This document shows positions 44,437 through 57,429 of a stretch of 64,000 nt of DNA, piece after piece. How positions within the stretch are numbered: the stretch's first letter is position 1; every line of letters starts with the position of its first letter. The DNA comes from Eledone cirrhosa (lineage: Eukaryota). The translations under genes were made by a program, and so were the position numbers. Below the pieces are notes generated by a model. That model made no database searches, was not told the DNA's origin, and saw nothing but the letters and a program-made list of their open reading frames with translations. Location of the stretch: assembly GCA_964016885.1 (NCBI GenBank), contig OZ024745.1:129828001-129892000 (forward strand), written 5' to 3'.

Positions 44437-45459
44437 GGAGAACATGATATGAAGGCTAAAAAACACTTGTGGATAGTGCAGTTTTAAATCAACATATGAA
44501 AAGTGGTTTTAGATTGATGTGTGATATTGGGAAAAAAATATTTTATTTAGAGAGGGGGGGGTTGGAAAGGATGAAAAGGGAAGGAGATGAGAGGGAGAGA
44601 TGGGTGATAGAGAGAAAGAGATAGTTTTGATAACTGAGAGGAGATATATTTTTTACATAGAGAGGTTGAAAACCGTTGGAAGATACTGTATAAATTAAAA
44701 ATTTTGAAAATTAACGAAGGGAGGATATGTGCGAGGAAAAAATATTTTATTTAGGGAGGGGGGGGGGTGTAAAGGATGAAAAAAAGGGGGAGGAGATGAG
44801 AGTGAAGGTGGAGAGGGAGAGATGGGTGATAGAGAGAAAGAGATAGTTTTTATAACTGAGAAAAAGATATATTGTTTTAACATAGAGAGGTTGGGAACCG
44901 TTGGAAGATAATGTATAAATTAAAGGAATTTGAAAATTAACGAAGGGAAATTATGTATGAAGATAGAGAGAAAAAAATAATTGTGGATGAATATTCTAAC
45001 GTCAAAAAAAGAAATGTATGTATTGTGGCAATTTCAAAATTAACGAAGAGAAAAATTATTAAGGTTTGTGTGTAGAAGGATTTGAGAAAAATAATGTGAA
45101 GTTAAAGTTTGTATATTGGTTGAATTGATAATATATGCGAATAAAGAGTTAATATGTATTAATAATGAGTTCGTTGATGGGGATAAAAAAATAATAAATT
45201 AAGGATGAAATTGAGATTAAAAAGATTTATGATAGAGAGAAAAAATAATAATGATTGCGGATGAATATTCTAACGTCAAAAAACAACAAATGTGTATGTT
45301 ATGAGGTGAAGATAGAATGAGGGTAATGAGTAAACAAGTATTATAGAGTGTATAATGCCCTTTAAAGTAAGGTAGATGGGTATATTTTAAAGAGGTGTAT
45401 GTATATGTGCCTTTGAGAAAAGATTCTAAATTGATAAAGAATTGAATATTAACTGTATA

Positions 45460-45712
45460 CTTTGTGAAAAGTTCTATGGAATTTATGCAGGCAGATAGAA
45501 AACAAATTGTGCGTCTATTTATTATAGAATCTAGGTTAGAGATAATGGTAAATTTTTCATTTAGGCAGAGATTACAGATTTTAGATAGAGAGCTGTTCAA
45601 GTATGAGGATGCAGAAGAAATCTTCTTCCAAAAGATGGTATATTTAATGTTTTTGTCTTTTAAGGACCATATGAGTTCTGAGAGAGCAGTGTTAGTTCTT
45701 TTAAGGTTTTTT
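45460..45712 (-). pseudogene. C-terminal part of a Penelope-type GIY-YIG endonuclease
   Basis: NTALSELIWSLKDKNIKYTIFWKKISSASSY..ICNLCLNEKFTII..IINRR fits the T.LS..IW.LK..W..C.LCL.EK..I..lN.R pattern of PLE endonuclease C-termini (family knowledge, not searched). Confidence 0.8.
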
Positions 45713-46059
45713 TTTTTTTTCACCCCCCCCCCCCCCCCCCCCTAAATAAAATATTTTTTCCTCGCACATATCCTCCCTTCGTTAATTTTCAAAATTTTTA
45801 ATTTATACAGTATCTTCCAACGGTTTTCAACCTCTCTATGTAAAAAATATATCTCCTCTCAGTTATCAAAACTATCTCTTTCTCTCTATCACCCATCTCT
45901 CCCTCTCATCTCCTTCCCTTTTCATCCTTTCCACCCCCCCCCTCTCTAAATAAAATATTTTTTTCCCAATATCACACATCAATCTAAAACCACTTTTCAT
46001 ATGTTGATTTAAAACTGCACTATCCACAAGTGTTTTTTAGCCTTCATATCATGTTCTCC

Positions 46060-46130
46060 TGTTTTATCTGATGAAAACACAAATATTATTGCATGATGAT
46101 GTTTGTTTTTGAAATGCGCATAATAAAATA
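46060..46130 (+). ncRNA. Type I hammerhead ribozyme motif
   Basis: tgttttat-CTGATGA-aaacacaaatattat..atgatgtttgttttt-GAAA-tgcgca (palindrome)-TA-ataaaata. Confidence 0.85.
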
Positions 46131-46254
46131 CATTGAACTCCTTTAACCATCTTTTGATCTTATATTATACATACCCCAGTCCTACAAACTGTAGAGTGCT
46201 TCTTATCCGATATCTGCATTGCTTTATTGTACTACAATAAAACTCACCTCCTAC

Positions 46255-46294
<40 letters not shown>

Positions 46295-46315
46295 AATACA
46301 TACACACACAGACAA

Positions 46316-46373
<58 letters not shown>

Positions 46374-47361
46374 AGGCATTTGTTTGGAAATGTTGGTATT
46401 TATGCATTATTCGTGACCGTAACCTATCTGACAGAACTACCGTACATTCTCACTCTATTGCAGCCTAACCTTAACACTGCTGGGAAGCTCCTTTGGCCTG
46501 CCTCCTGTAGCCTAAATTCCTTCTTGTTATTGCTTCATGAAGATCAAGATATTCACTACGTATTCTGCCTGTAATGTACAAATACCTTACATAAATAAAG
46601 AATTAGCGATACATATTTCCTTTCTCAAATATCCTTGCATATTCATTGGCTCATATTTAAATCGCTTTTCCAACGGCACAAATTTTGTGTTTCAAATATA
46701 TTCTTCAGATGTGTTCCTTATTCTGCCTTCCATTGTTTATTTATATGTGTTTATATTTACTATATTCATTACATTTATAGTTATTAGTATATCGTATTCA
46801 ACTTTATTATTGGTATATCGTTTGAAACATATTTTGATAAGAAGAAGTAAATTATGATTGTGTAGGGCGAAGAATATGAATTTCAATGCCTGCAACCTTA
46901 TTTACGCAATGGTAGATATTATTTGCATGGGTCACTTTTGGGATATTTTATTGGGACACTTCCATCAAACTAACTTATAGCAAAAAAATGTGCTTCTGGT
47001 TAAGACAATCTTCTAGGCATTACAATTGGTACTCTATTTACAATATACAATAATTAATGATAAAATATTAACACTAATTAACATTAGATTGAATACCATT
47101 AGAATGGCATATCTTACTGTCTTTTTTATAAAATACACGCAAGTTATTGTATGGTAACTGAATAAATACTTTACAATACAAGAAAATCAAAGCATTTCTC
47201 TTACTAATGGTGTATTAAGAAAAATACCAAAGGTGTCGTGTCCCTCATCATTTCCAATGCCTTCAACATATTGTTCAAAAGATTGAAACATGTTGGACCA
47301 TAACGCACCAGAGTACTCAATACTTAGGGTAGTAGAGTGGGTAATAGGAAAATGTATGACC

Positions 47362-47725
<364 letters not shown>

Positions 47726-47874
47726 TTTGCTAGGTTTTTGATATGAAATCGTGTGTCAAATAAATTAACTATGGAGATATAAAAGATACAGAAGCGAAAA
47801 CCAACCAGACAGTCAGTGTGTTCTGTTATTATTTCTGGCAATATTATTACAACAATATGACCCTCCCCAAGTAT

Positions 47875-47905
<31 letters not shown>

Positions 47906-48273
47906 CATGCGTACATGTATATTTATGAATATAGACCTCTTCTACTACAATCCAGCAGATATTTACAGAGGGTAAGCCAACCGCATATAGGTCACACTGT
48001 ATGGCTATATCCTATTTTCTCCCCCTTTGTAATTCTTCCGTTTATTGTGTGACATGATGACATTCCAACAAGGCATTTCATTGTATCACATGTGCTTTTG
48101 TTTTCTTCCCTCCCTTTCCTATATATTTCCTTCCTAAACCCACCTATCACATAGACACATAGATATATGTGTATAATACAAATACACTAAGACACATACA
48201 CACACACATCATGCACTTATACACACACACACATACACACACTCACATATATATGTGTGTGTGTGTGTATATA

Positions 48274-48388
<115 letters not shown>

Positions 48389-48404
48389 AATAATAATAAT
48401 AATA

Positions 48405-48545
48405 ATTGCTTCTGCTTTTGGCACAAGGCCAGCAATTAGGTCAGTGCATTACTAGTACTTTATTTTATCGACTCCGTAAGGATGAAAGGTAAAATTAACA
48501 TCGGCGGGATTTGAACTCAGAATGGCAATGGACGTAACTCTATAT
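48405..48545 (-). mobile_element. SINE family 1, partial
   Basis: Reverse complement of the 3' and central motifs. Confidence 0.75.
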
Positions 48546-48942
48546 AACAAATATATATGTATATAAATATATAATATAATATATATATATATAAATCTAA
48601 TATAAATATAATTGTTTCTACGTTTGGCACAAGAAGAATCCCCAGTCACTGAAGAGGTCACAGAATGTGTGACTAAAGAACTTTGACAATATATGAACAA
48701 CCGTCCGGTTGTGGAACCAAACCAACCAACCGGAAATTTATAAATTTGTAAATTCTTAAATTTATAATAAATATAATATAAATATAATATAATATATATA
48801 TATATATATATAAACATATATATTTATATATAAGTATATATATATATATATATATATATATACGTTATTCCGGGTTGAATCGGAGGTAACCACAGTAAGT
48901 AAGGTACTCAATACATTGCAGAGTATAAAAGTTTTAATATAG

Positions 48943-48999
48943 ATGAGATTCTACAGGACTAGAACTGTTTCATTCTTTAGAAATCATCAGGAATCTCAT
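48943..48999 (-). ncRNA. Type I hammerhead ribozyme motif, family D, most complete copy. A second copy lies on the plus strand at 49000-49048.
   Basis: Reverse complement reads atgagattc-CTGATGA-t ttc taaa gaa t-GAAA-cag ttctagtc ctg-TA-gaatctcat. Stem I is a perfect 9 bp, stem III is 3 bp, and the site is GUA. Confidence 0.85.
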
Positions 49000-49079
49000 G
49001 ATTCCTGATGATTTCTAAAGAATGAAACAGTTCAAGTCCTGTAGAATCTCTTAATAAATTAAATAATCAGAGCAATATA

Positions 49080-49898
49080 CTATAAAGTATGTCCATAGAA
49101 TCATTTGATAATATATATACATCATTTCCTCTCCCATTTAGCATAATTAATCACACAAAAAGTCAATTAGACCAGGCTATAAGATTAAAAGGCACCTATG
49201 AAGAAACACCAAATAAATAAACGATAGCAATCTCTTCGCGGCCAACCGCTATAGAATGTTTACCCAACATTTCAACAATACGTGGGAATCGATGGTTGCC
49301 AAAACATATATATATCTATGACTTTGTTTAATTGGTGTATAAGTAAATCTTTATATTTAATCCCATAAGGTTGAGATTCAATATTGGGCTGCGCATTCTA
49401 GCAACCAACCCACTCTCCGTAAGCAACCAATCACATTCTTTCTGACTTGACCACTGCCACGACACAATTCTTAGCCATTTTGAATTCGTGTTTGGCGGGG
49501 GCCACTTCAGAAAATAACCTTTCCTACCGAGTTTGTCTCCTGACGAGTTCGAAGCTCGAGTTTTATCCTAATAGGATATCTCAAAATGCGAATGAACCCA
49601 AGACTAGGGACATAATCCTGGTATGTATATAAGCATTTCTAACTTTAATGTTATACATAATTGTGTATGGTTGACCGTATATTTAATCAATTCCCACGTG
49701 CTGTTGAACTATTGGGTAAATATTCTATAGCGGTTGGCGAAGATTTTGCTATCGTTTATTTATTTACTGTTTCTTCATAGGTGCTTTTTAATCGTATAGC
49801 CTGGGCTAATTGCTTTTTTGTGTGGTTAATTATGCTAATTGGGAGAGGAAATGATGTATATATATATTATCAAATAATTCTAAGGACATACTTTATAG
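49080..49898. repeat. Older inverted-repeat element (arms about 49080-49290 and 49688-49898)
   Basis: About 210-bp diverged reverse-complement arms. No convincing HHR. Confidence 0.75.
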
Positions 49899-49998
49899 GT
49901 ACAAGAGATATAAAAGAATTTCTCTAAATATCCATAGAGAGCGAGATTATTTACTAGTGGTGACTGGCCAGAGAGCGACCTGTTAGTTTATGTAGAGT

Positions 49999-50114
<116 letters not shown>

Positions 50115-50174
50115 CACATGGAGCTAATAGTTAAATTATGTTAAACACATTCTCACACACCCATTTCAATGTAT

Positions 50175-50362
50175 CGGTGAATTGGCAGTATCGGTAGAGG
50201 GTCGGACGCCATGCTTTCCAGCATAGTTACGTCCCTTTACGATCTGAGTTTAAATCCCGCCGAGGTTGACTTTGCCTTTCATCCTTACGGGGGTCGATAA
50301 AATAAAGTACCAGTAATGCACTGGGTTATTGGTGGCCTTGTGCCTAAAGTATAAACAATTAT
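50175..50362 (+). mobile_element. SINE family 1
   Basis: Family motifs. Confidence 0.88.
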
Positions 50363-50502
50363 TGTTACAATCTCTCAAGAGCAGATGGAACAATTACTTC
50401 CACACCATTATTGAATCTTCACACATCTTTAAAATATTTCTTCTGAGATGATCTCACAGCATTGTTTGACATGTTTTATATAAAGATCTCTGACTGAAAC
50501 AA

Positions 50503-51047
50503 ATGTGGATACAACCGCTAGACATGCAGAACAACTCAGTTTTTAACACAAATGGTTAGCATATGGAAGATAAATTCAGTAAAAGCTTTGGCATTCTCAT
50601 GTATAATCATTGGAGTATTAGCTCCATCAAGGCATCAAATTCTTGCTTGCATACACAGAAGCTGAAGATATACACAAACAACTGACAGAACGCAGTCGAA
50701 GTAGATGTTGCAGCAAACGACGAATATTACAAACTATTTTGCATATGATCAAAGTAGCAAATGGCTACATACTTATGCTTGTTGTAATGACATTTAACAC
50801 ATGGATATTTGTGACAGTTGTTTGTGGCTTAACTGTTGGATATTTCTGCTATGGCTGGTCTATACAGGACACATCACATAAACCAATACCCACTAGAACT
50901 AAAGTAAAGTCTAAAAACAAAAACAAAAACAGAAATAATACAAAAGCAAACAAGACAGAAGCCAGCCAAATGGCCAAAATACCAGCCCACCGCATCTACT
51001 CAGTCGGAATGTTTTATATCCTGGAGAACACATTAGCCATTTTATAA
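50503..51047 (+). pseudogene. CTR/SLC31-family copper transporter, intronless coding region with two apparent frameshifts
   Basis: Frame A gives MWIQPLDMQNNSVFNTNG*. Frame B gives IWKINSVKALAFSCIIIGVLA (TM1). Frame C gives HQGIKFLL..LQTILHMIKVANGYILMLVVMTFN (MxxxM) and ..GLTVGYF (GxxxG). AATAAA at 51088 is followed by a T/GT-rich tract. Confidence 0.82.
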
Positions 51048-51397
51048 CACATCTTGATCAGGATTTAGACGTTACAGAAGTTTAACAAATAAATAATACG
51101 TTTTTTTGTGTTTTTTTTTGTTTTTTCTAATGCTTTGATTTGACAATTTTCTACACGTACTTGGTCTAGTGGTTTCAGATACAGGAGAGGGGGTATGTTG
51201 AGTTCTTGAGTAATTCAAGAAACTCCCTATAAGATGCTTCCTGATAGGAGGCCAGCTAAACTTACATAGGTGTATTTTTAATGATAATAATGAAAATTAT
51301 TGTGTACCGTGCTCAGGTGCAATACAACTCATCAAAGATGCATGTATTGTACATAGAATAATGTACAAATGTCAGGAGAGTGAACTGTGTGTGTCAT

Positions 51398-51730
51398 GAC
51401 ACACACACACACCACACTACACACACACCACACACACCACACACACCACACTACATACACCACACATACCACACACTACACACACCACACTACACACACC
51501 ACACACCACTACACACACCACACTACACACACCACACTACACCACACCACACACTACACCACACTACACACTACACACCATACCACACACTACACACCAC
51601 ACTACACCACACACCACACTTCACCACACACCACACACCACACTACACTATATACTACACACACCACACACTACACACACCACACTAAACCACACCACAC
51701 TGCACTACACACACTCCCCAACACACACAT
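51398..51730. repeat. CA-rich low-complexity (CACAC/CACTA)n tract
   Basis: Direct reading. Confidence 0.9.
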
Positions 51731-52043
51731 CAGTGCATGTGTATGGAGGGAGAATATCAGGTGTAGTGTTGGCGAATATTGGGAAGCATGGTAGTTTTGA
51801 TGGATGCAGTGTCCCAACAGCTAACAACCGATGCTGGTAGTTTGTTCCATTTTGAGCGAGAAAAAATGTTACTGGAAGTCATGGCAGCTGTACTGTTTTC
51901 TAATTGTGTAAGCATCTGCAGAGTTGTTGTTGGAAAGATAGTTAATAATTTTGTTCAGCAAATTTCATTTCGAATTCCGAATTTGTACATGCATGTTACA
52001 CGTTAAACCTACTATGGACCACCAAAAGTTCATGAGACGTTGT

Positions 52044-52257
52044 TTAAACCCTTTAGCATTTAAACCAGCCATATCCATTCAGAATTCTTTCTCCACTTCT
52101 TGTTCAAGCTGGCTGTAATTGGCCGCTCATACTGATGTTACGGTATTGTTCTCAAAATAAATATCAAAATCTCATGGGTTCGATGTTATGGGGGATAGGG
52201 TCTTTGCCGTGAAGGTGCAATGGTGGATGTAGAGTGGTGTAGGCGCTAAAGGGTTAA
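52044..52257. mobile_element. Possible piggyBac-type MITE
   Basis: ttaaaccctttagc ... gctaaagggttaa are short TIRs with TTAA-like ends. Confidence 0.5.
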
Positions 52258-52534
52258 TCATCTTCTTGTTCTTGGAATGGAAGGAACGTGTGTTGGATCT
52301 GTCAGTTCTGATGAAGAGACGTGATAGAAGGGAGGTAACTCTGTAAACAATTTTTTTTTCTTTAAAAAATAGCTGGGAAAAAAAGAAATTATCACTTCTC
52401 TTTCGTGTTTTTCATTTTCTCTCATACTTTCCCACAAGATCTTTGGCTAAATCTTGTTTGCTTATTTGTCTGATGATATAATTAGGACAACTTTCATTTA
52501 TGTAAGCTTTATTAGCTCGTGAAATATTTTTCTA

Positions 52535-52605
<71 letters not shown>

Positions 52606-53233
52606 ATGTATGTATGTATGTATATATGTGTATATATATGTATATCTGTGTGTGTGTATATGTATGTTTGTGTGCGTCGCCATGTATGTATGTGTGTGTA
52701 TATATATATGTTTGCGTGCGTCGCCATATATGTATGTCTGTATGTGTGTATATGTGTGTTTGTGTACGTCGCCATGTATGCATGTATGTATGTGTATTTA
52801 TGTATATTTGTGTGCGCCGCCATATATGTATGGTGTCTGATGTTGACTTGCTCTTCTTTTGGTAAATATCATCTTGGTTAAGAGAGTGGGACTGGCTTTG
52901 TGCAGTGCCTTTGCTCACTATAAAAGCTTCACGGCACAGGCATTGCTTTATATCTGGAGATCTCTCTGCACTTGTCGTCACATGGTACCATGGGCCCAGC
53001 ACTATGTATCAATAAATGTCACAAGTGTAGTGTTTGTACCAGAGTTTTCAAGTCGCTGGCTGGACTAAAAAGTCACACTCGTTCAGCGCATCGGTAGTGG
53101 TTCTCCTACATGGATATAAAGTACTGGCCGTACTCGAAAACAAGTTGGCAGCCACCATATATGTATGTATGTATATATATATATATATATATGGAGGAGG
53201 TTATAGTTCACTTGAAGCATTGTGTAATGAGGT

Positions 53234-53360
53234 ATAAACGTTTGAATATGTATAATAAAGCCAAAACAATGCAGGTATGGACATCTTTTGCATTTGCATT
53301 CTGTATTCTATGTCCATACCTGCATTGTTTTGGCTTTATTATACATATTCAAACGTTTAT
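53234..53360. repeat. Perfect hairpin (about 50-bp arms, about 25-nt loop), duplicated at 54488-54614
   Basis: tataaacgtttgaatatgtataataaagccaaaacaatgcaggtatggacat ... atgtccatacctgcattgttttggctttattatacatattcaaacgtttata. Confidence 0.9.
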
Positions 53361-53425
53361 ATATATATATGTATGTATGTATATATATGTATATATGTAT
53401 GTATGTATGTATATGTGTATGTATG

Positions 53426-53457
<32 letters not shown>

Positions 53458-53555
53458 TGTATGTATGTATGTATGTATGTATGTATGTATGTGTGTATAT
53501 ATGTATGTATATGTGTATATATGTATGAATGTATATATATGTATATGTATGTATG

Positions 53556-53676
53556 TGAAGGCGTGTGGCTGAGTGGTTAGAGAATTGGATTCGCAATCGT
53601 AAGGTTGTGAGTTCGATTCCTGGACCAGGCGATGCGTTATGTCCTTGAGCAAGACACTTTATTTCACGTTGCTCCT
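53556..53676 (+). mobile_element. tRNA-derived SINE family 2, 5' part (duplicated at about 54814-54934)
   Basis: tggctgagtggtt A-box, gagttcgattcc B-box and tgtccttgagcaagacactttatttcacgttgctcc. Confidence 0.75.
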
Positions 53677-54679
53677 TCTACCTGGAGTTGCGACCGATAG
53701 ATAGTATTAGCAATTGGAAAGACCAACCAACGGAAACATTGTTCCCTCGGTCCGATTTGACGAAAGTCGATCGTTCCTCATGTATGTATGTATGTATATT
53801 TATGTCAGGTCACCAGTTGGTGCTACTGGTAACATGTATCCCAGTACAACCTGTCTCATGGTCGGGTCTTTGGCGACTAAACTGGCAACCCCACCAAGGT
53901 TCTTGGTGAGGAGGGTGACTTTGGACATCCTGCAAAACTAAAAACAAAACCGGTCAAAGGGCAAAGGAACTCTTAAGAGTCAATGGCCATCCAAAATCAC
54001 CGGGAGACATGACCCCTTAGCCTTTGTCAAGGCAGAATTCTAGGAGAAGAAAAACTCTGATATAACACCTGCAACCCTGATGGTATCCAATGATGTTGAC
54101 TTGTTCATCTTTATGGTAAATATCATCTTGGTTAAGAGAGTGGGACTGGCTTTGTGCAGTACCTTTGCTCATTATAAAATCTTCACGGCACAGGCATTGC
54201 TTTATATCTGGAGATCTCTCTGCACTTGTCGTCACATGGTACCATGGGCCCAGCACTATGTATCAATAAATGTCACAAGTGTAGTGTTTGTACCAGAGTT
54301 TTCAAGTCGCTGGCTGGACTAAAAAGTCACACTCGTTCAGCGCATCGGTAGTGGTTCTCCTACATGGATATAAAGTACTGGCCGTACTCGAAAACAAGTT
54401 GGCAGCCACCATATATGTATGTATGTATATATATATATATATATATGGAGGAGGTTATAGTTCACTTGAAGCATTGTGTAATGAGGTATAAACGTTTGAA
54501 TATGTATAATAAAGCCAAAACAATGCAGGTATGGACATCTTTTGCATTTGCATTCTGTATTCTATGTCCATACCTGCATTGTTTTGGCTTTATTATACAT
54601 ATTCAAACGTTTATATATATATATGTATGTATGTATATATATGTATATATGTATGTATGTATGTATATGTGTATGTATG

Positions 54680-54711
<32 letters not shown>

Positions 54712-55738
54712 TGTATGTATGTATGTATGTATGTATGTATGTATGTATGTGTGTATATATGTATGTATATGTGTATATATGTATGAATGTATATATATGT
54801 ATATGTATGTATGTGAAGGCGTGTGGCTGAGTGGTTAGAGAATTGGATTCGCAATCGTAAGGTTGTGAGTTCGATTCCTGGACCAGGCGATGCGTTATGT
54901 CCTTGAGCAAGACACTTTATTTCACGTTGCTCCTTCTACCTGGAGTTGCGACCGATAGATAGTATTAGCAATTGGAAAGACCAACCAACGGAAACATTGT
55001 TCCCTCGGTCCGATTTGACGAAAGTCGATCGTTCCTCATGTATGTATGTATGTATATTTATGTCAGGTCACCAGTTGGTGCTACTGGTAACATGTATCCC
55101 AGTACAACCTGTCTCATGGTCGGGTCTTTGGCGACTAAACTGGCAACCCCACCAAGGTTCTTGGTGAGGAGGGTGACTTTGGACATCCTGCAAAACTAAA
55201 AACAAAACCGGTCAAAGGGCAAAGGAACTCTTAAGAGTCAATGGCCATCCAAAATCACCGGGAGACATGACCCCTTAGCCTTTGTCAAGGCAGAATTCTA
55301 GGAGAAGAAAAACTCTGATATAACACCTGCAACCCTGATGGTATCCAATGATGTTGACTTGTTCATCTTTATGGTAAATATCATCTTGGTTAAGAGAGTG
55401 GGACTGGCTTTGTGCAGTACCTTTGCTCATTATAAAATCTTCACGGCACAGGCATTGCTTTATATCTGGAGATCTCTCTGCACTTGTCGTCACATGGTAC
55501 CATGGGCCCAGCACTATGTGTCAATAATTGTCATAAGTGTAGTGTTTGTACCAGAGTTTTCAAGTCGCTGGCTGGACTAAAATGTGACACTCGTTCAGCG
55601 CATCGGTAGGGATTCTCCTACATGGATATAAAGTAGTGGCCGTACTCGAACACGGGTTGGCAGCCCCCATATATATATATATATTTCGTTTCTGAATTTG
55701 TTTAGCAAGATTCTTTATCTGGAAACTTGTTAAAACCG

Positions 55739-56089
55739 ATATTGTTATACTTTGGGAGGGTCATGTTGCCAATAAGAAACACACGCACCAGTTGTTTCAC
55801 TCCAATTTATTATAAATTAAATTTATAAGTTTATAAATTTCCGGTTGACGTAGGACAGAACAAAGGAGAGGCACCAAACAAAGAGAAGAATCCCCAGTCA
55901 CTGAAGAGGTCACAAATGTGTGACGAAAGAACTTTGACAATATATGAACAACCGTCTGGTTGTGGAACCAACCAACCAGAAACTTATAAATTTATAAATT
56001 CTTAAACTTATAAATTTAATTTATAATAAATTGGAGTGAAAGCTCGGGTGCGTGTGTTTCTTATCGGCAACATGAACCTCCCAAAGTAT

Positions 56090-56096
<7 letters not shown>
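55739..56096. mobile_element. Family C inverted-repeat element with an HHR-like motif at 55897-55938. Related fragments at about 47850-47880 and 48632-48775.
   Basis: Arms about 55739-55846 and 55975-56096. The motif reads gtca-CTGAAGA-g gtcaca aatg tgtgac-GAAA-gaac-TT-tgac. Confidence 0.65.
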
Positions 56097-56128
<32 letters not shown>

Positions 56129-56130
<2 letters not shown>

Positions 56131-56311
56131 TGAGATTCTACAGGACTAGAACTGTTTCATTCATTAGAAATCATCAGGGATTCCTGATGATTTCTAATGA
56201 ATGAAACAGTTCTAGTCCTGTAGAATCTCATCTATATTAAAACTGTTATACTCTGCTATGTATTGAGTACCTTACTTACTGTGGTTACCTCCGATTCAAC
56301 CCGGAATAACG

Positions 56312-56312
<1 letters not shown>
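56129..56312. mobile_element. Family D fold-back copy with HHR (plus arm 56179-56227)
   Basis: Both arms share a locus-specific stem II loop variant (taat instead of taaa). Confidence 0.8.
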
Positions 56313-56364
<52 letters not shown>

Positions 56365-56461
56365 AAATGAAGTAATTCCGTCGGAAAAGTCCAGGAAAAA
56401 AGAGTGCTCTATGTAAGTAACAGTGCTTAATAGTTATATAATAAACAACATAAGGCAATTA

Positions 56462-56521
56462 TTCCATTTACCAGTGGTTTCTTAAAAGCAAAAAATGTTG
56501 CTTTCAATCATCAGAATGAAA
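56462..56521 (-). ncRNA. Type I hammerhead ribozyme motif with full canonical core, in a fold-back element (56431-56605)
   Basis: Reverse complement reads tttcatt-CTGATGA-ttgaaagcaa catttt ttgcttttaa-GAAA-cc act gg-TA-aatggaa. Stem I is 7 bp, stem II is 10 bp, and the site is GUA. Confidence 0.85.
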
Positions 56522-56599
56522 AAATCCTGGTCTATTTATTGAATTGGATTTTAAGAAACCACTGGTAAATGGAATAATTGCCTTATGTTGTTTATTACA

Positions 56600-56675
<76 letters not shown>

Positions 56676-57429
56676 TAAGTATATTTGTATGTTTGTGTGA
56701 ATATGTAATTGATAACAGTTTTTATCTGGCGAAGTGGCATATTTCAAAGTTATAGTTCTAGCCTACTGGTTATGGTGGGTGCTTCAAACATATACAATGA
56801 GAATGACTGCTTCTATAACTGAAGTCATGCCTGAGACGCTAGAAACAACCGTGTATAAAATACCGCACTCACCATTAATATTTCCTTTGAAATGGCTCTA
56901 TTGTCTACAACTGCTTTAAAACCAGCCTCATAAATACTTATCTAGTACCTCACCAAGATTTTTACTATGCTGAGTCCATGCGGCTTCTATCATATCCTTT
57001 CATGCTCACCTTTACCGAAGCCCTTTACAGATATGAGATATATCATCCAACGTTGAGTGGTTTAGTAGACGTGTTAACACACATCCATGGTGTTGATGGA
57101 AACCTGTGAATCAGTCAACCTTTAAGGAAAATTATTATGGGTGTTAGTAAGCGTATAATTTTCTTCCAGGACCGTGATCACTTTTCCTCTGATAATTAAT
57201 TCCATGATTTCCAGGTATGGGAGTTTCGCGCAATAGAGCACTGACCATGCTTCCTAGTTTGCGGATAAGGTTGGTCATTTTTTCCCCTTTATTTTTCTAA
57301 GAGTTTATCATTTACGAGAAAGATTTGAAATAGAATCTACAGTGGGTGTGCAAAAGACTTTAACATGTTTTTATGTGGTTTGCTAAGAAATGTGATCTAC
57401 AGTGACATGTTTATCATTAGGTAATTTCA

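Larger units (their letters stand above)
44328..46167 (-). mobile_element. 5'-truncated Penelope-like retroelement: GIY-YIG C-terminus, 3' UTR with HHR and an inverted pseudo-LTR copy
   Basis: Arms about 44328-44765 and 45740-46167 are near-identical reverse complements. There is an internal endonuclease remnant, an HHR in both arms and (TA)n flanks. Confidence 0.85.
52838..55670. repeat. Tandem duplication with a period of about 1254-1258 bp, bounded by family B repeats
   Basis: Near-identical units contain family B, a 50-bp-arm hairpin, (GTAT)n and a SINE family 2 head. Confidence 0.92.

Noticed and set aside
47237-47299. gtcc-CTCATCA..GAAA-catg-TT-ggac
   Set aside because: Two essential core Gs are replaced and stem II does not pair. 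It is at best a dead remnant.
49080-49898. Search for an HHR in this inverted repeat
   Set aside because: Only ctgttga..gaag was found, with no consistent stems, so it is kept as a plain inverted repeat.
56700-57300. Possible RTE LINE remnant on the minus strand
   Set aside because: Only scattered tripeptide resemblances were seen, and it cannot be supported without a search.
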